Positions 27,660 through 39,796 are shown, counted from the stretch's first letter. The stretch is 57,988 nucleotides of DNA from Actinomycetota bacterium (GCA_009927665.1 RFMM01000179.1:1-57988); one strand, 5' to 3'. The notes: a model not told the origin generated them from the sequence alone. Translations and numbers: made by a program.

Positions 27660-28340
27660 CTACACCAGTTCGCCAGCGCGACGCCGAGCGTCGTCGAAGG
27701 CATTTTGCAAACGGCGCGCCAGCTCAGTGGTGGTGGCAGCCATTCGACCGCGGTCAAGCTTTCCCTCGCTTTGCGCCACCTCGATTGGTTCGCCAATCGA
27801 TATATGACACTTGTGCGGCCAGATCATCTTTGAACCCTTTCGCATTACTCGCTCGCTGCCTCCTATGCCCACCGGAACGATCGGAACTCCCCGCTTCATC
27901 GCGACATAGACAGGGCCATCGAACAGCTGATGCAACACCGGCCCACTTTGCCGTGTGCCCTCGGGAAACATGACGAGCGGCTCACCCGAATCGAGCACAG
28001 CTACACATCGTTTGAGGGCTTCAATGTCAGCGCTGCCACGAGTGACGGGGAAGCCTCCGAGCAACGAAAAGAGGGCTCCGAACACGCGACTCTTCCATAA
28101 CGAGTCTTTCCCCATGAAGCGAACTCGTCGCGTAGTGACGAATGACGAGAGCGGAGTATCGATGTTTGACCGGTGCACCGGAGCGATGATGTATGCCCCC
28201 GCTTTCGGTAGATGCTCGCGTCCGCTTACTGACACACGAAACCACACCTTGCACAGCAACAAGAGCAGCCCGCGCACCACTGCGTAGGCGATTCGACTTG
28301 TGAGTGAACGACCAACGAGACGCGCTTGGTATTTCGTCAT
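27660..28340 (-). CDS. plsC: 1-acyl-sn-glycerol-3-phosphate acyltransferase
   Basis: HRSNID (HX4D) and FPEGTR motifs. The ATG at 28340 (MTKYQARL) lies 13 nt after the cmk stop. Confidence 0.8.
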   Translation of the reverse strand: MTKYQARLVGRSLTSRIAYAVVRGLLLLLCKVWFRVSVSGREHLPKAGAYIIAPVHRSNIDTPLSSFVTTRRVRFMGKDSLWKSRVFGALFSLLGGFPVTRGSADIEALKRCVAVLDSGEPLVMFPEGTRQSGPVLHQLFDGPVYVAMKRGVPIVPVGIGGSERVMRKGSKMIWPHKCHISIGEPIEVAQSEGKLDRGRMAATTTELARRLQNAFDDARRRAGELV

Positions 28341-28353
28341 GACGAAACCCGTG

Positions 28354-30506
<2,153 letters not shown>

Positions 30507-30528
30507 CTACTGTTGCCCTTCGCACCAC

Positions 30529-31251
30529 ATGAGTTCATCTGCTCCAACTCCCACGTCAGCCACGCACCAACCGCCGGTGCTGCTCGTGCACGGTTGGGCA
30601 GGTTCGTTTGAACGCACCTGGGTGCGCAGCGGCATCGTCGACCTGCTGCGTGATGCCGGGCGCGACGTGCTCGATTTCGACCTACCTGGTCACGGCGCGG
30701 CTGCCAAGTCACACGAACCCGCCGACTACGTCGACTTGGCCTCGTCGGTGTTTGCACGCCTCGACGCGAATACTGGTGCAGTCGACGCGGTCGGATTCTC
30801 GCTCGGAGCAATCACTCTGCTCGCTGCTGCCGTACGTGCACCAGACCGCTTCAACAAGGTGGTGCTCGCCGGCATCGGTGATGGCGTCTTTCAGCCACAC
30901 GACCCGCGACGTAGCGAGAAGATCCTCGCTGGCCTCGAAGGTCGTGCCGACCCCGACGACTTGACTGCTCGTATCTTCGGCAAGATTGGCAACGAAGCCC
31001 ACAACGACCCACTCGCGTTGGCAGCCGTGCTGCGACGCCCACGCCAAGAACCTGTTTCCGCCGATCAACTCTCCGCCATTAGTGCTGAGGTGCTCGTGAT
31101 CATCGGTGACAACGATTTCTCGCAACCTGCGCACCAACTCGCCGGCGCATTTCATCGTGCGCGCCTCGTCACCTTGCACGGGGTCGATCACTTTCGCACC
31201 CCTGAATCATTTGACTTCATCGACGCAGTGCTCGGTTTTCTCAACTCGTGA
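30529..31251 (+). CDS. alpha/beta hydrolase
   Basis: VLLVHGWAGS (oxyanion region) and GFSLGA (GxSxG). The ATG at 30529 is preferred over the ORF-track 30466, which abuts the divergent guaB1 start. Confidence 0.7.
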   Translation: MSSSAPTPTSATHQPPVLLVHGWAGSFERTWVRSGIVDLLRDAGRDVLDFDLPGHGAAAKSHEPADYVDLASSVFARLDANTGAVDAVGFSLGAITLLAAAVRAPDRFNKVVLAGIGDGVFQPHDPRRSEKILAGLEGRADPDDLTARIFGKIGNEAHNDPLALAAVLRRPRQEPVSADQLSAISAEVLVIIGDNDFSQPAHQLAGAFHRARLVTLHGVDHFRTPESFDFIDAVLGFLNS

Positions 31252-31260
31252 CCAACTGAC

Positions 31261-32190
31261 ATGGCGCGCATCGTGCAACCCGACGATTTGGGCATTGCGG
31301 CGGCCGTCGATGCTCTACGCCGAGGTGAGCTCATCGGTTTGCCGACCGAGACGGTATACGGCCTCGCCGCAGATGCCACGAGTGATGCGGCGGTGCAACG
31401 AGTCTTCAGCGTCAAGGGTCGGCCCGCGACGCACCCACTGATTGTGCACATCGCCGACGCAGACGGTCTTGAAACCTTCACCAAGCAGCTCACGCCGAAT
31501 CTGCGTGCACTTGCAGATGCGTTCTGGCCCGGCCCACTCACGATGATCGTTCGCGCGAACCAAAGCGTCAGCCGAAGGGTTACAGGTGGTCGCGACACCG
31601 TGGCGGTGCGCTGCCCGTCTCATTCGGTAGCTCACGCCGTGATTCGACGACTCGGTCATGCCATTGCAGCACCATCGGCGAATCGGTTCGGTGCGGTCTC
31701 ACCCACGACCGCACAGCATGTCGTTGCCGATCTCGGTGCCGACATCGACATCGTGCTCGACGGCGGCGAGTGTCACGTAGGCGTTGAATCAACCATTGTC
31801 GATTGCACGAGCAATGACGTCGTGTTGCTGCGCCCCGGTGCTGTCACCGCAGAGCAGATTGACGCGGTTCTGCGGGCAGATGACCACCCCCAAGCACCAC
31901 GTGTCACTGACGGTACGGCGAGCGAATCACGCGCACCCGGAATGCTGCAGTCGCACTATGCCCCGCGGGCCCGCCTCGTGCTGCACGAATCAGGCGACCA
32001 CGTTGATGCGGGCAGCGCCCCGGTGCTCGACTTCTCCGGCGATCTCCACGATGCGGCGCAACGCCTGTATCGCGACCTACGACAGCTTGACGCAGACGGT
32101 GTAGCGCTCGCTCACATCGTGTTGCCCCCACCGGGGGGTCTCGGTCAAGCCATTCGCGACCGTCTCACAAAGGCCGCCGCTGGCAGGTAG
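31261..32190 (+). CDS. tsaC: L-threonylcarbamoyladenylate synthase (Sua5/YwlC type)
   Basis: GELIGLPTETVYGLAADA and KGRPATHPLIVHI form the YrdC domain, followed by a Sua5 C-terminal domain. 309 aa. Confidence 0.85.
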   Translation: MARIVQPDDLGIAAAVDALRRGELIGLPTETVYGLAADATSDAAVQRVFSVKGRPATHPLIVHIADADGLETFTKQLTPNLRALADAFWPGPLTMIVRANQSVSRRVTGGRDTVAVRCPSHSVAHAVIRRLGHAIAAPSANRFGAVSPTTAQHVVADLGADIDIVLDGGECHVGVESTIVDCTSNDVVLLRPGAVTAEQIDAVLRADDHPQAPRVTDGTASESRAPGMLQSHYAPRARLVLHESGDHVDAGSAPVLDFSGDLHDAAQRLYRDLRQLDADGVALAHIVLPPPGGLGQAIRDRLTKAAAGR

Positions 32191-32246
32191 CATCTCGCTA
32201 CCCAATCGGGGCGGTCAGATGCCGCCCTACTCCTAGGGGGAGAAAA

Positions 32247-33530
32247 ATGAAGAAAGCCAACATGCGTCGTTTCGGCGCGCTGGTTGCAGCCTCAGCACTC
32301 GTGCTCGCGGCTTGCGGCGGCGACGACGAAGCGGCCACCGAGGAGGTCACTGAGGAGACTGAAGCACCTGCTTCAGACTGCGCAGTTACCAGCCTCAACA
32401 TCGGAACGATCCTTCCGGTGACTGGTTCACTTGCATTCCTTGGACCGCCGGAAGTGGCGGCCTCGGGTTTCGCAGTGGAAGACATCAACGCCGCTGGTGG
32501 CGTGCTCGGACAGCCGGTTGTTCTCAACCAGGGTGACTCGGGCGACGCAACCACGGACACCGCCAACACCGAAACCGACCGTCTGCTTGCAGCCGGCGCC
32601 CAGGTGATCATCGGTGCAGCCTCGTCGGGTGTTTCGCTGACCGTGATCGACAAGATCACCTCAGCTGGTGTGGTGCAGTTCTCGCCCGCCAACACCTCGC
32701 CGACCCTCACCACGTACGACGACAAGGGCCTGTACTTCCGTACGGCTCCGTCGGACCTGTTGCAGGGCCGCGTGCTGGCCAACCTCGTCATCGAGGATGG
32801 CTCGACCACCGCTGCTGTGCTCTATCGCAACGACTCCTACGGCGTCGGCTTGGCAGAAGCCTTCAAGGGCGACTTCGAAGCTGCCGGTGGAACCGTTCCC
32901 GAGTTCATCGAGTACGCAGAAGGCACCGAAACGTTTGACGCAGAAGTTGACAAGGTCGTCGCCGCTAACCCGGATGCCGTCCTCATCGTCGGTTTCGCCG
33001 AGACTGGTCCGATCCTCAATGCCATGCACGAGCGTGGCGTTGGTCCGACGGCCAAGAAGGTCTACGGCACCGATGGCAACATCAGCGGTCTCGAGAAGCT
33101 GGTTGCGGATCCTGCGATCCTCGCCGGCATGAAGGGAACCGTTCCGTCGGTCGACTTGAAGGGCAGTGATGCCATCAAGGCGTTCGTCACTCGTCTCGAT
33201 GCCGCTGGCGTCGATGGCGTGTACGACTACGGCGCAGAGACCTACGACGCAATTGTGATCTCGGCACTCGCTGCTGAAATCGCTGGTTGCGCCGACGGTG
33301 TCTCGATTGGCGCGCAGATCAACGGCGTCACCAAGGATGGCGAAAAGTGCACCGACTTCGCGTCGTGCCTCACGCTGGTCCAGGCTGGTACCGACATCGA
33401 CTACGACGGTCTTGGTGGACCGTACGAGTTCGTCGATGCAGGTGAACCCGCTGCTGCTTCGTTCCGCATCATCTCTTACGGTGCGGCCGGTGCAGACACC
33501 TCGCTTGACAAGTACGTCTTCGCGAGCTGA
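32247..33530 (+). CDS. ABC transporter substrate-binding lipoprotein, LivJ/Peripla_BP_6 type
   Basis: Lipobox LVLAACGG, with a GGGGGAGA SD 6 nt upstream of the ATG. Type I periplasmic binding fold pattern (IGTILPVTGSLAFLG...). Confidence 0.85.
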   Translation: MKKANMRRFGALVAASALVLAACGGDDEAATEEVTEETEAPASDCAVTSLNIGTILPVTGSLAFLGPPEVAASGFAVEDINAAGGVLGQPVVLNQGDSGDATTDTANTETDRLLAAGAQVIIGAASSGVSLTVIDKITSAGVVQFSPANTSPTLTTYDDKGLYFRTAPSDLLQGRVLANLVIEDGSTTAAVLYRNDSYGVGLAEAFKGDFEAAGGTVPEFIEYAEGTETFDAEVDKVVAANPDAVLIVGFAETGPILNAMHERGVGPTAKKVYGTDGNISGLEKLVADPAILAGMKGTVPSVDLKGSDAIKAFVTRLDAAGVDGVYDYGAETYDAIVISALAAEIAGCADGVSIGAQINGVTKDGEKCTDFASCLTLVQAGTDIDYDGLGGPYEFVDAGEPAAASFRIISYGAAGADTSLDKYVFAS

Positions 33531-33550
33531 GTTCGCCTCAGAACAAGAAG

Positions 33551-33585
33551 GCCCCGCCCGGGAAACCGGGCGGGGCTTTTCTTTT
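33551..33585 (+). terminator. rho-independent terminator
   Basis: gccccgcccgg (33551-33561), gaaa loop and ccgggcggggc (33566-33576) form a perfect 11-bp stem, followed by ttttctttt. Confidence 0.75.
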
Positions 33586-33600
33586 GCCTAGCCTGACTGC

Positions 33601-34890
33601 GTGAGTAACCGACTGCTCGCTACGGCACGAGCCAGTTTCGCTGATCGAAATCCGCAGAGTCGTAAACATTACGACCAAGCTCGTCGCTTCCTGCCTGGGG
33701 GTCATACGCGAACGGTGCTAACCCATGCGCCGTTTCCCCTCACCTTCGTGGCAGGGCATCAGTCGGTGTTGCACGACGCCGACGGCCACGCGTACATCGA
33801 CATGTTGGGTGACTACACCGCCGGGTTGTTGGGGCATGGCGACGCCCGCGTACTCGATGCCGTAGCGACGGCGTTGCGCACCAACGCCAGCGTCGGCGGC
33901 GTGCATCCAGCAGAGACTCAACTTGCCGAGGCGATGTGCGAACGGTTCCATCTCGATAAGGTCCGATTCACCAACTCAGGTTCTGAGGCGAATCTGATGG
34001 CGATCACGACGGCGATTCAAGCCACGGCTCGGCGCAAGATTTTGGTGTTCCATGGCGGATACCACGGGGGTCTGCTCTACTTTGCAACCGGAATCGCGCC
34101 GTGGAATGCGCCGTACGACTTTGTGGTCGCCCCCTATAACGACTCGGCTGCCACGCAGCGACTGATTGCAGAACACGGTGCATCGTTGGCGGCTGTGGTG
34201 ATGGAGCCGATGCTCGGCTCAGGAGGTTGCATTGCGGCCGACGCTACGTTCGCTCACGACGTGTACGTTGCTGCCCACAGCGTCGGTGCAGTGTTTATCG
34301 CCGATGAGGTGATGACTTCTCGACACGGCCGCAGTGGCATGTTCAACCTTCTTGGTGTGAAGCCCGACATCTCCACCTTCGGCAAGTACATCGGCGGAGG
34401 TTTTTCGTTCGGTGCATTCGGCGGACGAGCTGATCTCCTCGACTACTACGACACCAGCCCCGAGGCCGGTCGCGTCACGGTGGTCGCCCACGCCGGTACC
34501 TTCAACAACAATGTCGCCTCGATGACCGCGGGATGCGTGGTGTTGGGCGATGTGTTCACGGCAGAGATCGCACAGGCTCACACCGCTCGCGGCGACGATT
34601 TCCGACAGTCAGTTGCCGCCGTGCTCGCTCAATCAGGCCTGCCCGTCTGTGTGAGCGGTTTTGGTTCGATGATGTCGTTGCATGCGCTGGCCGAGGTGCC
34701 TCACAACGCCCATGATGTGGCGGCTCGCAACCATGACCTACAAGAACTGCTGTTTCTCGGGTTGCTCGAACGGGGTGTCTACACGGCGGCCCGCGGCATG
34801 ATGAACCTCAGCTTGACGCTCACTGATGACCAACTCGCCGAGGTGTTAGCTGCGCTATCAGAAACCCTCGCCGCAGTGCGTGGGGCGTGA
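33601..34890 (+). CDS. class-III aminotransferase (glutamate-1-semialdehyde aminomutase-like)
   Basis: 429 aa with a GTG start. It has the GSEANL region and a PLP-Lys region DISTFGKYIGGGFSFGAFGG. Confidence 0.8.
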   Translation: MSNRLLATARASFADRNPQSRKHYDQARRFLPGGHTRTVLTHAPFPLTFVAGHQSVLHDADGHAYIDMLGDYTAGLLGHGDARVLDAVATALRTNASVGGVHPAETQLAEAMCERFHLDKVRFTNSGSEANLMAITTAIQATARRKILVFHGGYHGGLLYFATGIAPWNAPYDFVVAPYNDSAATQRLIAEHGASLAAVVMEPMLGSGGCIAADATFAHDVYVAAHSVGAVFIADEVMTSRHGRSGMFNLLGVKPDISTFGKYIGGGFSFGAFGGRADLLDYYDTSPEAGRVTVVAHAGTFNNNVASMTAGCVVLGDVFTAEIAQAHTARGDDFRQSVAAVLAQSGLPVCVSGFGSMMSLHALAEVPHNAHDVAARNHDLQELLFLGLLERGVYTAARGMMNLSLTLTDDQLAEVLAALSETLAAVRGA

Positions 34891-34893
34891 GGG

Positions 34894-35631
34894 TTACGAC
34901 GCGAGGGTGCCGAGATACAGCTCGATGACCTTCGGGTCGTGCAGCAGTTTCTCACCGGTATCGGTGTAGGCATTGGTGCCCTGGTCGAGCACGTATCCCC
35001 TGTCGCAGATTTGCAGACAGCGACGTGCGTTCTGTTCGACCATTACCACACTGACACCGGCTTTGTTGATTTCGCGGGTGCGCACGAACACCTGGTCTTG
35101 CAACACGGGTGAGAGACCCGCAGACGGCTCATCGAGCAATACGATCTCGGGGTTCATCATCAAGGCGCGGCCCATCGCCAGCATCTGACGTTCACCACCC
35201 GAGAGCGAACCGGCACGTTGACTCTTTCGTTCAGCAAGGCGCGGAAACATGTTCATCACGAACTCTGAACGTTCGCGATACTGCTTTGGCTTTAGGTAAA
35301 TGCCCATCTCAAGGTTTTCAAGAATCGTGAGTGACGGGAAGACGTTCTCGCGTTGGGGTACATAGCCGATTCCCCGCTCGACCAGTTCATGGGCATGCAA
35401 ACCGACGATTGATTCGCCGCGATGGGTGATTGAACCCGACTGCACCGACAGCAACCCGAACAGCGCTTTCAGCAGGGTGCTCTTGCCCGCCCCGTTCGGC
35501 CCAATGATGCCCACGATCTCGCCGCGCGTCAGGGTGAGCGAACAATTCGTCAGAATGTTGACGCCCGGCGTGTAACCGGCGGTGACCTCTTTGGCCTCGA
35601 GCAGCACCTCGGCTTGGGTTGACGTGCTCAT
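34894..35631 (-). CDS. livF: branched-chain-type ABC transporter ATP-binding protein LivF
   Basis: GPNGAGKST, LSGGERQ, VLLDEPS and a C-terminal ELYLG. ATGA overlap with livG. Confidence 0.85.
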   Translation of the reverse strand: MSTSTQAEVLLEAKEVTAGYTPGVNILTNCSLTLTRGEIVGIIGPNGAGKSTLLKALFGLLSVQSGSITHRGESIVGLHAHELVERGIGYVPQRENVFPSLTILENLEMGIYLKPKQYRERSEFVMNMFPRLAERKSQRAGSLSGGERQMLAMGRALMMNPEIVLLDEPSAGLSPVLQDQVFVRTREINKAGVSVVMVEQNARRCLQICDRGYVLDQGTNAYTDTGEKLLHDPKVIELYLGTLAS

Positions 35632-36446
35632 GACAGCTCAACCTGTGAAAGATCTGCGCCATGATGGGCGCCGAGATACGCATCAACCACTGCCTTGTTG
35701 CTCTTGATTTCGGCCGGAGTGCCCTCAGCGATAATGCGACCTTCGGCCATCACGACGACCCAATCGCTGATCTCTTGCACGACATCCATGTTGTGTTCGA
35801 CGAAGATGACGGTGCGACCCTCTGCGGGCAGCGCTTTGATGAGCTCAAGCAAGCTTTGTGCGAGCGCAGGGTTGACACCCGCCATCGGTTCGTCGAGCAT
35901 CACGACACGGGGCTCAGTCATGAGGGCGCGAGCCATCTCGAGCAGCTTGCGCTGACCACCCGACATGGTGCCTGCATACTCGTCGCGCATGTGCGTGAGG
36001 TTGAAGCGTTTCAAGATCGCATCAGCACGAGCCTCGACTTCACGCTCTTGTTTCGTCCATGAACCGGGCACGAGTGCTGACCAAAACTTCTCGCCACGCT
36101 GATTGAGGGCCCCGAGTTTCATGTTCTCGATCGTCGACAGTTTCGAGAGAACCTTGGTGAGTTGAAAGGTTCGCACCATGCCCATGCCGGCCAGCTGGTG
36201 AGGGGGTCTGCCCGTGATGATCTGACCGTCGAGTGTGATCTCGCCCGAGTCGACCTGATCAAACCCGGTCAACAGGTTGAAGAACGTGGTCTTACCTGCC
36301 CCGTTGGGCCCAATGAGCGCCGTGATCTTGTTACGGCGAATCTCCAGCTTTTCGACGTCTACGGCACGCAACCCACCGAAGGTCTTGACGACGTTCGTCG
36401 CAGTGACCACCGGAGCGTTGTCGGTAGCAGCGCTATCGGCGGTCAA
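35628..36446 (-). CDS. livG: branched-chain-type ABC transporter ATP-binding protein LivG
   Basis: GPNGAGKTT, MSGGQRK, VMLDEPMAG and a C-terminal DAYLG. The TTG at 36446 is preceded by GGAGA and overlaps the livM end by 14 nt. The ORF-track extension to 36629 looks non-coding. Confidence 0.85.
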   Translation of the reverse strand: MTADSAATDNAPVVTATNVVKTFGGLRAVDVEKLEIRRNKITALIGPNGAGKTTFFNLLTGFDQVDSGEITLDGQIITGRPPHQLAGMGMVRTFQLTKVLSKLSTIENMKLGALNQRGEKFWSALVPGSWTKQEREVEARADAILKRFNLTHMRDEYAGTMSGGQRKLLEMARALMTEPRVVMLDEPMAGVNPALAQSLLELIKALPAEGRTVIFVEHNMDVVQEISDWVVVMAEGRIIAEGTPAEIKSNKAVVDAYLGAHHGADLSQVELS

Positions 36447-37437
36447 GAGCCATCTCCTCTCGTGAACCGAAGATGCCCTGTGGGCGGAATCGAGCGAGAA
36501 GCAAGAGACCTGCACCAACGAGAATGAATCGCAGCATGGCGATGTTGAAGTCAGACAGTTCGATGGTGCGTTCGAGGCTCGCGCGAGTTCCGTCGGGCAA
36601 CTGTCGCAGGGTGTTTTCGACGAACACAATCAATGTCCAGTAGATCGAAGCACCCACTATTGGCGACCAAATGCGACCCACACCGCCGACAATGAGCATC
36701 GTCCAGATCGTGAAGGTGATGACCGGGTTGAAGGTGTCAGCTTGCACCGATGCCTTCTGAACCACCTGCAGCAAGCCCGCAAGACCGCCGATCATTCCGC
36801 CGAGCATCAGCGACTGCATCTTGTAGAAGTAGGCGTTCTTGCCAAGCGCTCGTGCGGCATCTTCGTCTTCGCGAATTGCCCGCAACGTTCGACCCCACGG
36901 CGACTTCATTAATGCCCGCACCATCAGCGTCACGAGAATCAGCAGTGTCCAACCGACGAGCAACACCCACACGTCGCGACCGAGATATTTGAATGGTCCA
37001 AACGAATAGAACTTGCCCAACTCGAAGGGGCTCAAGTCATAGAAAGGTCCGGCAAATTGGTTAACGCCCTCGACACCACCCGTGATTGGTTGCATCACTC
37101 GAGATCGTGCAAGTAGTCGTATGGATTCTGAAGCTGCAATCGTGACAAGCGACAGATAATCGGCGCGCAGTCGCAAGGTCGGAATGCCGAGCAGCAATGC
37201 CAACACCGCCGAATAGACAAACGAGAACAACACTCCGACCCAGAAGTTCCACCCCAACCAGAAGACGCTGACACCCACGCCGTAGGCGCCAGCCGCCATG
37301 AAACCCACCTGGCCGAAGTTCATGAGGCCCGTGTAGCCGAAATGCACATTCAGACCTACCGCTGCCAGCGCATACACCATCACCTCAGGGCCGATCATGG
37401 CCGAGAAGGTGCGTTCGAAGATGAAGCCCCAGTCCAT
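36433..37437 (-). CDS. livM: branched-chain-type ABC transporter permease LivM
   Basis: 334-aa polytopic protein with GYTGLMNFGQVGFMAAGAY, typical of LivM. Confidence 0.85.
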   Translation of the reverse strand: MDWGFIFERTFSAMIGPEVMVYALAAVGLNVHFGYTGLMNFGQVGFMAAGAYGVGVSVFWLGWNFWVGVLFSFVYSAVLALLLGIPTLRLRADYLSLVTIAASESIRLLARSRVMQPITGGVEGVNQFAGPFYDLSPFELGKFYSFGPFKYLGRDVWVLLVGWTLLILVTLMVRALMKSPWGRTLRAIREDEDAARALGKNAYFYKMQSLMLGGMIGGLAGLLQVVQKASVQADTFNPVITFTIWTMLIVGGVGRIWSPIVGASIYWTLIVFVENTLRQLPDGTRASLERTIELSDFNIAMLRFILVGAGLLLLARFRPQGIFGSREEMALDRR

Positions 37438-37440
37438 TGC

Positions 37441-38775
37441 TCAGCCGATCCGTTGTTTCTTGCCGAGAATGCCCTGGGGGCGCAAGAGCAGCGCCAAAAT
37501 CAGCACGATCAGTGCGGTCATGTTCTTCAGTTCGGTGTCGATAAACAGTGTCGACCAGTTGATGGCGACACCCACGATCAGTGCGCCAACCAGTGCGCCA
37601 AACGCCGTACCGAGACCACCCAGAGTGATTGCCGCGAAAACCAACAAAAGGATGCGTGTGCCGAGGTCCCACTTCACGGTGTCAAAGCCAAAGAAGGTCC
37701 CCGAGAGCGCGGCGAGGGCTCCGCCATAGATCCAAACTTGCGAGATAACCCGCTCGACATCGATGCCCGAAGATTCGGCGAGATCCCTGTTGTCGCTCAC
37801 TGCTCGCATCGCACGACCGGTGCGAGTGCGCGTGAGACCTAGCCCCACTGCAACGAGAATGATGATCGATACCACCATTGCCGCTGCGTCGCGACTGGTG
37901 AGCTCCACTCCCCAGAATTCATTGGCGCGCTGCGACGCGTAATCGGCGTACACGCGATAGCGACTGCCAAAGAAGTACACGAAGACATAGCGCAAGAAAA
38001 TCGAGAGGCCAATCGTCATCACCATCTGCGCGAGCAACGACACGCCGGCACTTCGCGCCGTGCGAAAGACCACGCGGTTGAGCACATAGCCCAAGACACC
38101 ACCCATGATGGTGGCGAGCAGGGTGGCAAAAATGAAATTGACCCCACCGCCGAAGGGCGGTGGTAGCACCGAGAGAAACCCGAACGTGGCAACCAAACCG
38201 TAGATATTGAAGTAGTACGCCATCAGTGTGCCCCAGGTGATGAGTTCGGCGTGGGCAAAATTCACGAGACCTGTGGTGCCGAAGATGAGTGATAACCCGA
38301 TCGCCGCCATAGCGAGATACAGCCCGAGCTTGACGCCTTCGAGTGTCAGTTGGCTGATGCGTCGAATCGAGAAGTTGCTCTCGGTGGTTTGGTTACCGCC
38401 CTCGCCAAACACCAACGGAAAAATCACCCGTTGATCACCGTTCTGGCTCACCTTGGCTTGCAGCGTGGCGCGCTCGGGGTCATTCAGCGCGACGCCTTCG
38501 GGCAGCGTTGCAACATCAAGCCTGATGGTGTATTCACCAGGCCCCGGAACCGGGATGCGAAAACTTCCGTCAGAGTCGGTAGTGGCTCCGCCAACGTCGT
38601 CAATCGAGAGATCGACGCCGACGGCCGGAACTTTGGTTCCTGTCGCGTCGGTGTATTGCAGCTGACCGATGACTCCGAGGTCGTCGGACACCTGAGCCAT
38701 GGCGGGGGCACCAGCCCCAAGGCCGAGCAGCGCGCCAAAAGCCGCGATGACTGCTCGCCTCCCCCATTTTGGCAT
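37441..38775 (-). CDS. livH: LivH-type ABC permease with an N-terminal signal peptide and extracytoplasmic Ig/prealbumin-like domain
   Basis: The core is LEGVKLGLYLAMAAIGLSLIFGTTGLVNFAH... It is preceded in the same frame, with no stop, by MPKWGRRAVIAAFGALLGLGAGAPAMA (signal peptide) and about 110 aa ending DSDGSFRIPVPGPGEYTIRLDVATLPEG (carboxypeptidase-regulatory/SdrD-B-like pattern). The ATG at 38775 overlaps the ctaA TGA (ATGA). Confidence 0.8.
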   Translation of the reverse strand: MPKWGRRAVIAAFGALLGLGAGAPAMAQVSDDLGVIGQLQYTDATGTKVPAVGVDLSIDDVGGATTDSDGSFRIPVPGPGEYTIRLDVATLPEGVALNDPERATLQAKVSQNGDQRVIFPLVFGEGGNQTTESNFSIRRISQLTLEGVKLGLYLAMAAIGLSLIFGTTGLVNFAHAELITWGTLMAYYFNIYGLVATFGFLSVLPPPFGGGVNFIFATLLATIMGGVLGYVLNRVVFRTARSAGVSLLAQMVMTIGLSIFLRYVFVYFFGSRYRVYADYASQRANEFWGVELTSRDAAAMVVSIIILVAVGLGLTRTRTGRAMRAVSDNRDLAESSGIDVERVISQVWIYGGALAALSGTFFGFDTVKWDLGTRILLLVFAAITLGGLGTAFGALVGALIVGVAINWSTLFIDTELKNMTALIVLILALLLRPQGILGKKQRIG

Positions 38776-39758
38776 CACGCCATTGTGCCATAGACCGCAG
38801 AACGCCGAGCAGTGGTCGCCAGACGAAGAGCCGCCAGCCACACCAAAACACTGAGTGCCACATGCAACGCCACCAGGGGCACGGGCACCCCGGTGAAGTA
38901 CTGCAGATAACCGAGCCCGCCTTGCAAGACCGCAAGAAACAGGAACCACTCGAAAGCCCGTTGCAGGCGCTGGTTGGGGGCGTTGCGCAACAACCAACCG
39001 AGCCACACACACGCAATCACCACCAACCACACCGCCGCACTGTGGACTCGAACGACGGAAGTGATGAGATAGTCAAACCGCGGAGCCGACTCGTCGCCAG
39101 CGTGAGGACCCGTGCCCGTCACGACGGTTCCTGTCACTATGGCCGCCAGGGTGAGAACGACAACTACCCGCGCCAGTACCACCGGCGAGCCCAAGTTGAA
39201 CAACCGCGAGGCACGAATCTCGCGAGTCGACCACCGCGCTGGCTTCTCTCGTTGCCCGTCAGCAGACACTGCGTCGGCGAGCAGGTAGGCCCCGTACATC
39301 AACGCAATCGACAACAAGAAGTGTCCCATATTGCTGAGCGGATGCAGACCGGTGAGCACCACGATGCCACCGAGCACCACTTGGGCGAGCACCCCGCCAA
39401 CGAGCCAGAGCGCCAGCCGCACCAGGCGACGCTGGCGGGGCCGCACGAAGAGTGCCGCAAGCACCGCAGCGACCACACTGGCTGCAACAACGCCTGTGAA
39501 CAGCCGATTCAGCTGCTCGATCGCAGCATGAGGCGTTGACACGTCGACGAATTGCTCTTCGTTGCACGCCGGCCAGTCGATACAACCGAGGCCTGAGCCC
39601 GTAAGCCTCACGAGTGAGCCGGTCACAATGATCACGTAGAGCGAGACGAAGGCAACCCAGACGATGATTCGATACCGGCGCAGCGACAGCGAGCGCTTCG
39701 CGCGATCGCCCTCATTATTCGAGCTTGTGATCGTGCCGGGGTTCACCGCCTGCGTCAC
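38775..39758 (-). CDS. ctaA: heme A synthase (COX15/CtaA)
   Basis: RLTGSGLGCIDWPAC, multiple TM helices with conserved His pairs, 327 aa, GTG start. Confidence 0.85.
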   Translation of the reverse strand: MTQAVNPGTITSSNNEGDRAKRSLSLRRYRIIVWVAFVSLYVIIVTGSLVRLTGSGLGCIDWPACNEEQFVDVSTPHAAIEQLNRLFTGVVAASVVAAVLAALFVRPRQRRLVRLALWLVGGVLAQVVLGGIVVLTGLHPLSNMGHFLLSIALMYGAYLLADAVSADGQREKPARWSTREIRASRLFNLGSPVVLARVVVVLTLAAIVTGTVVTGTGPHAGDESAPRFDYLITSVVRVHSAAVWLVVIACVWLGWLLRNAPNQRLQRAFEWFLFLAVLQGGLGYLQYFTGVPVPLVALHVALSVLVWLAALRLATTARRSAVYGTMA

Positions 39759-39796
39759 ATCGTCAGGCTAGGCACGAGCAGAACTAATGTCTCGTC

